A stretch of 64,000 nucleotides of DNA from Sporopachydermia quercuum. Its lineage: Eukaryota. Shown here in pieces: positions 60,901 through 64,000 of the stretch (position 1 is the stretch's first letter; every line of letters starts with the position of its first letter). The translations under genes and the position numbers were made by a program. Location of the stretch: assembly GCA_001599295.1 (NCBI GenBank), contig BCGN01000011.1, positions 62,001 to 126,000 on the forward strand. Direction: 5' to 3'. A model generated the notes under the pieces. The model worked only from the letters and a program-made list of their open reading frames with translations. It made no database searches and was not told the DNA's origin.

Positions 60901-61306
60901 TGAAGTTTTAGTGGCTATTTGAAAGTTTAACTTTGGTTAACTTTGGTTAACTCTTGTACAACATATGTCACGTAATCATAAATTCGTTTATGCCAAACTA
61001 ATCCGATATTCTCGGTAATACAAGAAACTCGGTATTCGAGATAGCATATTTCGGAACTACATTTATTTTATTCACCTAGAAATACCCTGGGATATCTTAA
61101 GGATTTCTAGCTCTAAGCTAAACTAGGTTAATCGCTACATTTCTTTTTGACGCCAGCTAAAACGACCAATGCACAGTATCCTTAGACGCGGATGAAGTAC
61201 TTCTTCATTGCTAGTACTATTTATTTCAATTCTCCTCTATCTTTAATTAGACCCTTCTACTTTTTTTAATTTATTATTAATTTCTCAAAGTACGATATTC
61301 TATTCT

Positions 61307-62989
61307 TTATTGTTTAGCTCTTTTTGCCACCACTCTGCCACTGCTCTTCCGTTCATTAGATTTATTATTCTTCTCCTGCTCAACCAGAGTTTTCAACAAC
61401 GTTGCTGTTAATTGATCAGCTGCTGGATTGTCAGATTGACCAATCAAGCGTTCTAATTCCACTGGCAGACCACTTTTAGTTCCATTAGATTCTCCGTTCA
61501 GTACATCCTTCTTCTTTCTCTCATTCTTCTTTTTCTTTTCCTCATCAACAGGTTTATGCTTTGCCCTTTCCAAAGCAGAGATCTTTTCAGTACTCTCGAT
61601 CAATTTGCCTGTGATAGCATACAATTGCTCCTGCAGATCAAAATCTCTAAACTCTGCACGAGCAGGGATATACTCTTTACAATTGTCAATGAATTTGGTA
61701 CCTCCAAAGTACTTATCTGCCTGTTCTAGAGAATTTATCAATGGTTTAGCACTAGACTTTTTAGATCCATCTGCTGTTGATTCACTTGCTTTCTCGACAG
61801 CAGGCACAGACGAATCTTCAGTTCCGCCATAATTTTTTTTACTTTTCTTCTCTGAATCGCTACTATCATCTTTCACATCTTTTCCAGCTTCCTTCAGTAT
61901 TGCTGCATCAAGTTTCGGATCTACAGGGGCATGATAATCATGTACTTTGATATAATCAGGTGCCATACCAGCAAACAATATAGACTGAGCTCCTTGGTAA
62001 CAGCTTCTCAAAAGAACCCACCATACCGGCCAAATTATCAAATAAATCAAAAGTCCAGTCAAGCTTCCAAATGACAGATACCTCCTAGTAGATGGGGATC
62101 TCATAAGGCCAGGATTGGCAACTAAAACTCTTGTATTATTTTTCCCATTATCAGGCCTTGGATAATCGTTTAATTCTTTCTGAAATCTAATAGCGAACAG
62201 TGATAATGCAAGTTTGGAAGCACCAAATACTTTCCATGGTTTGTTTGATGGGTATGTTCTTTTGGTAAATGAAACATCGTCTAGGTTAAGGTCACCAACT
62301 GCATTACTGGTGCAAGAGCATAGAATAACTCTTACATCTCTATCAATTGGTTGAACAGTCAAAGCCGGTCTTATCAAAGTGAGAAAATGATAGATTCCAA
62401 GGTAATTCACTTGTGTTTGAACTTCCAGTCCATCAATAGTATGTCTTCTACCAAAACCAGGGTAATTACTAACATGATGACATAAAACAATCATATCCAA
62501 TCTTCTGGCCGGTTTATTATCCAACCATTTAACAACAAACTTTCTTATTGAATGAAAATTTGCAAAATTGCATTCTTCTGCATAGATCAGCATATTACCA
62601 GTGTCATCTCTTAGCTCATCTATATATTCAGCAAGCCATTGATCGTTGGTGTTTTTCACTAAGAGAATCAAATGCGCACCCTTTTTTGCTAGCTCTCTCG
62701 CGACAACTGCTCCTGCGCCTGATGTTCCTCCCTAATAATGAACTGTTAGCATTCGATCTAATGTAATAGGAAATTAATGACAATAGATAATAGAGTGTGA
62801 TCCTATACTTACACTTAATATAACCACTCTACCATGCATATTTCTGTCCCAAGTGTTTTCTTTTCCTGCCCAAAGCCATTTCAGGAAAACAATTAGCAGT
62901 ATAGCAGATCCATATAGTTTAATTTGAGGCCAATAAGGAATTCCATCCGTACCTTTAATCAGTAGCGTATAAGCAACATTAACTGGCAT
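61307..62989 (-). CDS. PBR1: ER membrane short-chain dehydrogenase-like protein Pbr1 (YNL181W family), 2 exons (62989-62813, 62731-61307)
   Basis: MPVN...GTDGIPYW, NTWDRNMHGRV, spliced SGGTSGAG, IRKFVVKWLDN.PARRLD, QPIDRDVRVI, PGLMRS; intron GTAAGT...TGCTAAC...TAG. Confidence 0.85.
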
Positions 62990-64000
62990 TGTGATAGAAT
63001 ATGTCGTAACAGAATGAGACACAGCGCAAAGGAAAGAGAAATTGTTTAGGCGCTATGAAGAACAGAATAGTTAAAATAAACACTCCAATCGAAAATAATG
63101 AAAAAATTTTAAATTGGTAATATTCTGCGATCGTTGAAAACTTCACAGCAATGTTTTATTTCTAGATTACTGCAGTTTATTGATCTGAAGAGGTGAGAGA
63201 ATGCTTAGTGATGAGCGGTTAAGAGAACTAAGACGATCATATAGTTCATAGCAGCAGAACAATCACCAGATTCTAACACACAATTTAATACTGAACAGAA
63301 GTTAGAAATAAGTCTGCAAAACAAAATCCTCGCGTTAAACTATCCTTTAATAACAAATAATCAAAGATGAATCAGTAAGTATGACAATGAACTAACACGT
63401 TGGAAAAGAAAGAGAAAGTGAAGTACCATTTGGCATTTGGCTGGCAATTTAAAGTTGAAGCTTAATTTGAACATAATTAAGTTATACTGAATTAGGAAAT
63501 ATAATTGAACTTAAATAAAATTTCGGAGACGATGTGAATATCGCGGAAGTTATGAGGTAGTTACTTGATTTTGGACTGACTTTACATTCTAATAAATATT
63601 TCGCAAGCAATTAATGATTAATGGCCACTAAAGTAATATAAAGAGTAACAATCATGTCATGGGTTGGAATATGGGTAATTAATATGAAGTGGTTAGCTGT
63701 ATTATGATACGTTTTCAATAGTGGCAGGCAATTGCTACGGAGATCCATGCACAATTCTCTCTATACATTTATCTTGCTTCAAACTCTATTTGCAGCTTGA
63801 ATCGTTTTTACACCTTCATCATTGAGTCATAAAGAAGCAAAAAAAAAACCAAACAAGTGTTACCCACAAAGCGATTTAGTTACAATTACTTATTGATTCA
63901 AAACAAAAATGTGACCTTCATGTTAGTACCATCACTAAAGAGCTATCTCTAAATGGTATTCTTACATGCATTCATTGATTGTAGTACCTATACATACATT

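Noticed and set aside
62205..62240. PBR1 has F instead of the catalytic Tyr (FGASK versus YxxxK)
   Set aside because: As I recall, this is a family trait of Pbr1 orthologues, not a novelty
1..64000. CRISPR arrays, rRNA, intact transposons or prokaryotic operons
   Set aside because: None seen; repeats are microsatellites, short hairpins or coding low-complexity tracts

Overview
Nuclear DNA of a budding yeast (Saccharomycotina-like gene content). CTG falls at conserved Leu positions, so the standard genetic code applies. I support 21 protein-coding genes: ISC1, MPS2-like, RRG7, HSBP1-like, CUS1, UBL-WLM, CEM1, SEC16, a CMO1-like Rieske oxygenase, SCJ1, DML1, KEI1, a 2OG-Fe(II) oxygenase, homocitrate synthase, CLP1, TUM1, SET6, ATG29, REV3, HAL5 and PBR1. 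Nine of them are split by 18 short spliceosomal introns that I rebuilt by hand. There is also an intron-containing tRNA-Ala(UGC) and a decayed ERG3 fragment that the ORF track does not show. Family calls come from recalled motifs, not database searches. I see no convincing multi-gene novel system. The best leads are a WLM protease with a natural HExxH-to-HQxxH change, the ERG3 relic, a recurrent intergenic ATTTCGGA(A/G)A motif, a 3-exon HSBP1-like microgene, unusual splice acceptors, two oxygenases with GATA-rich promoters, and perfect hairpins.
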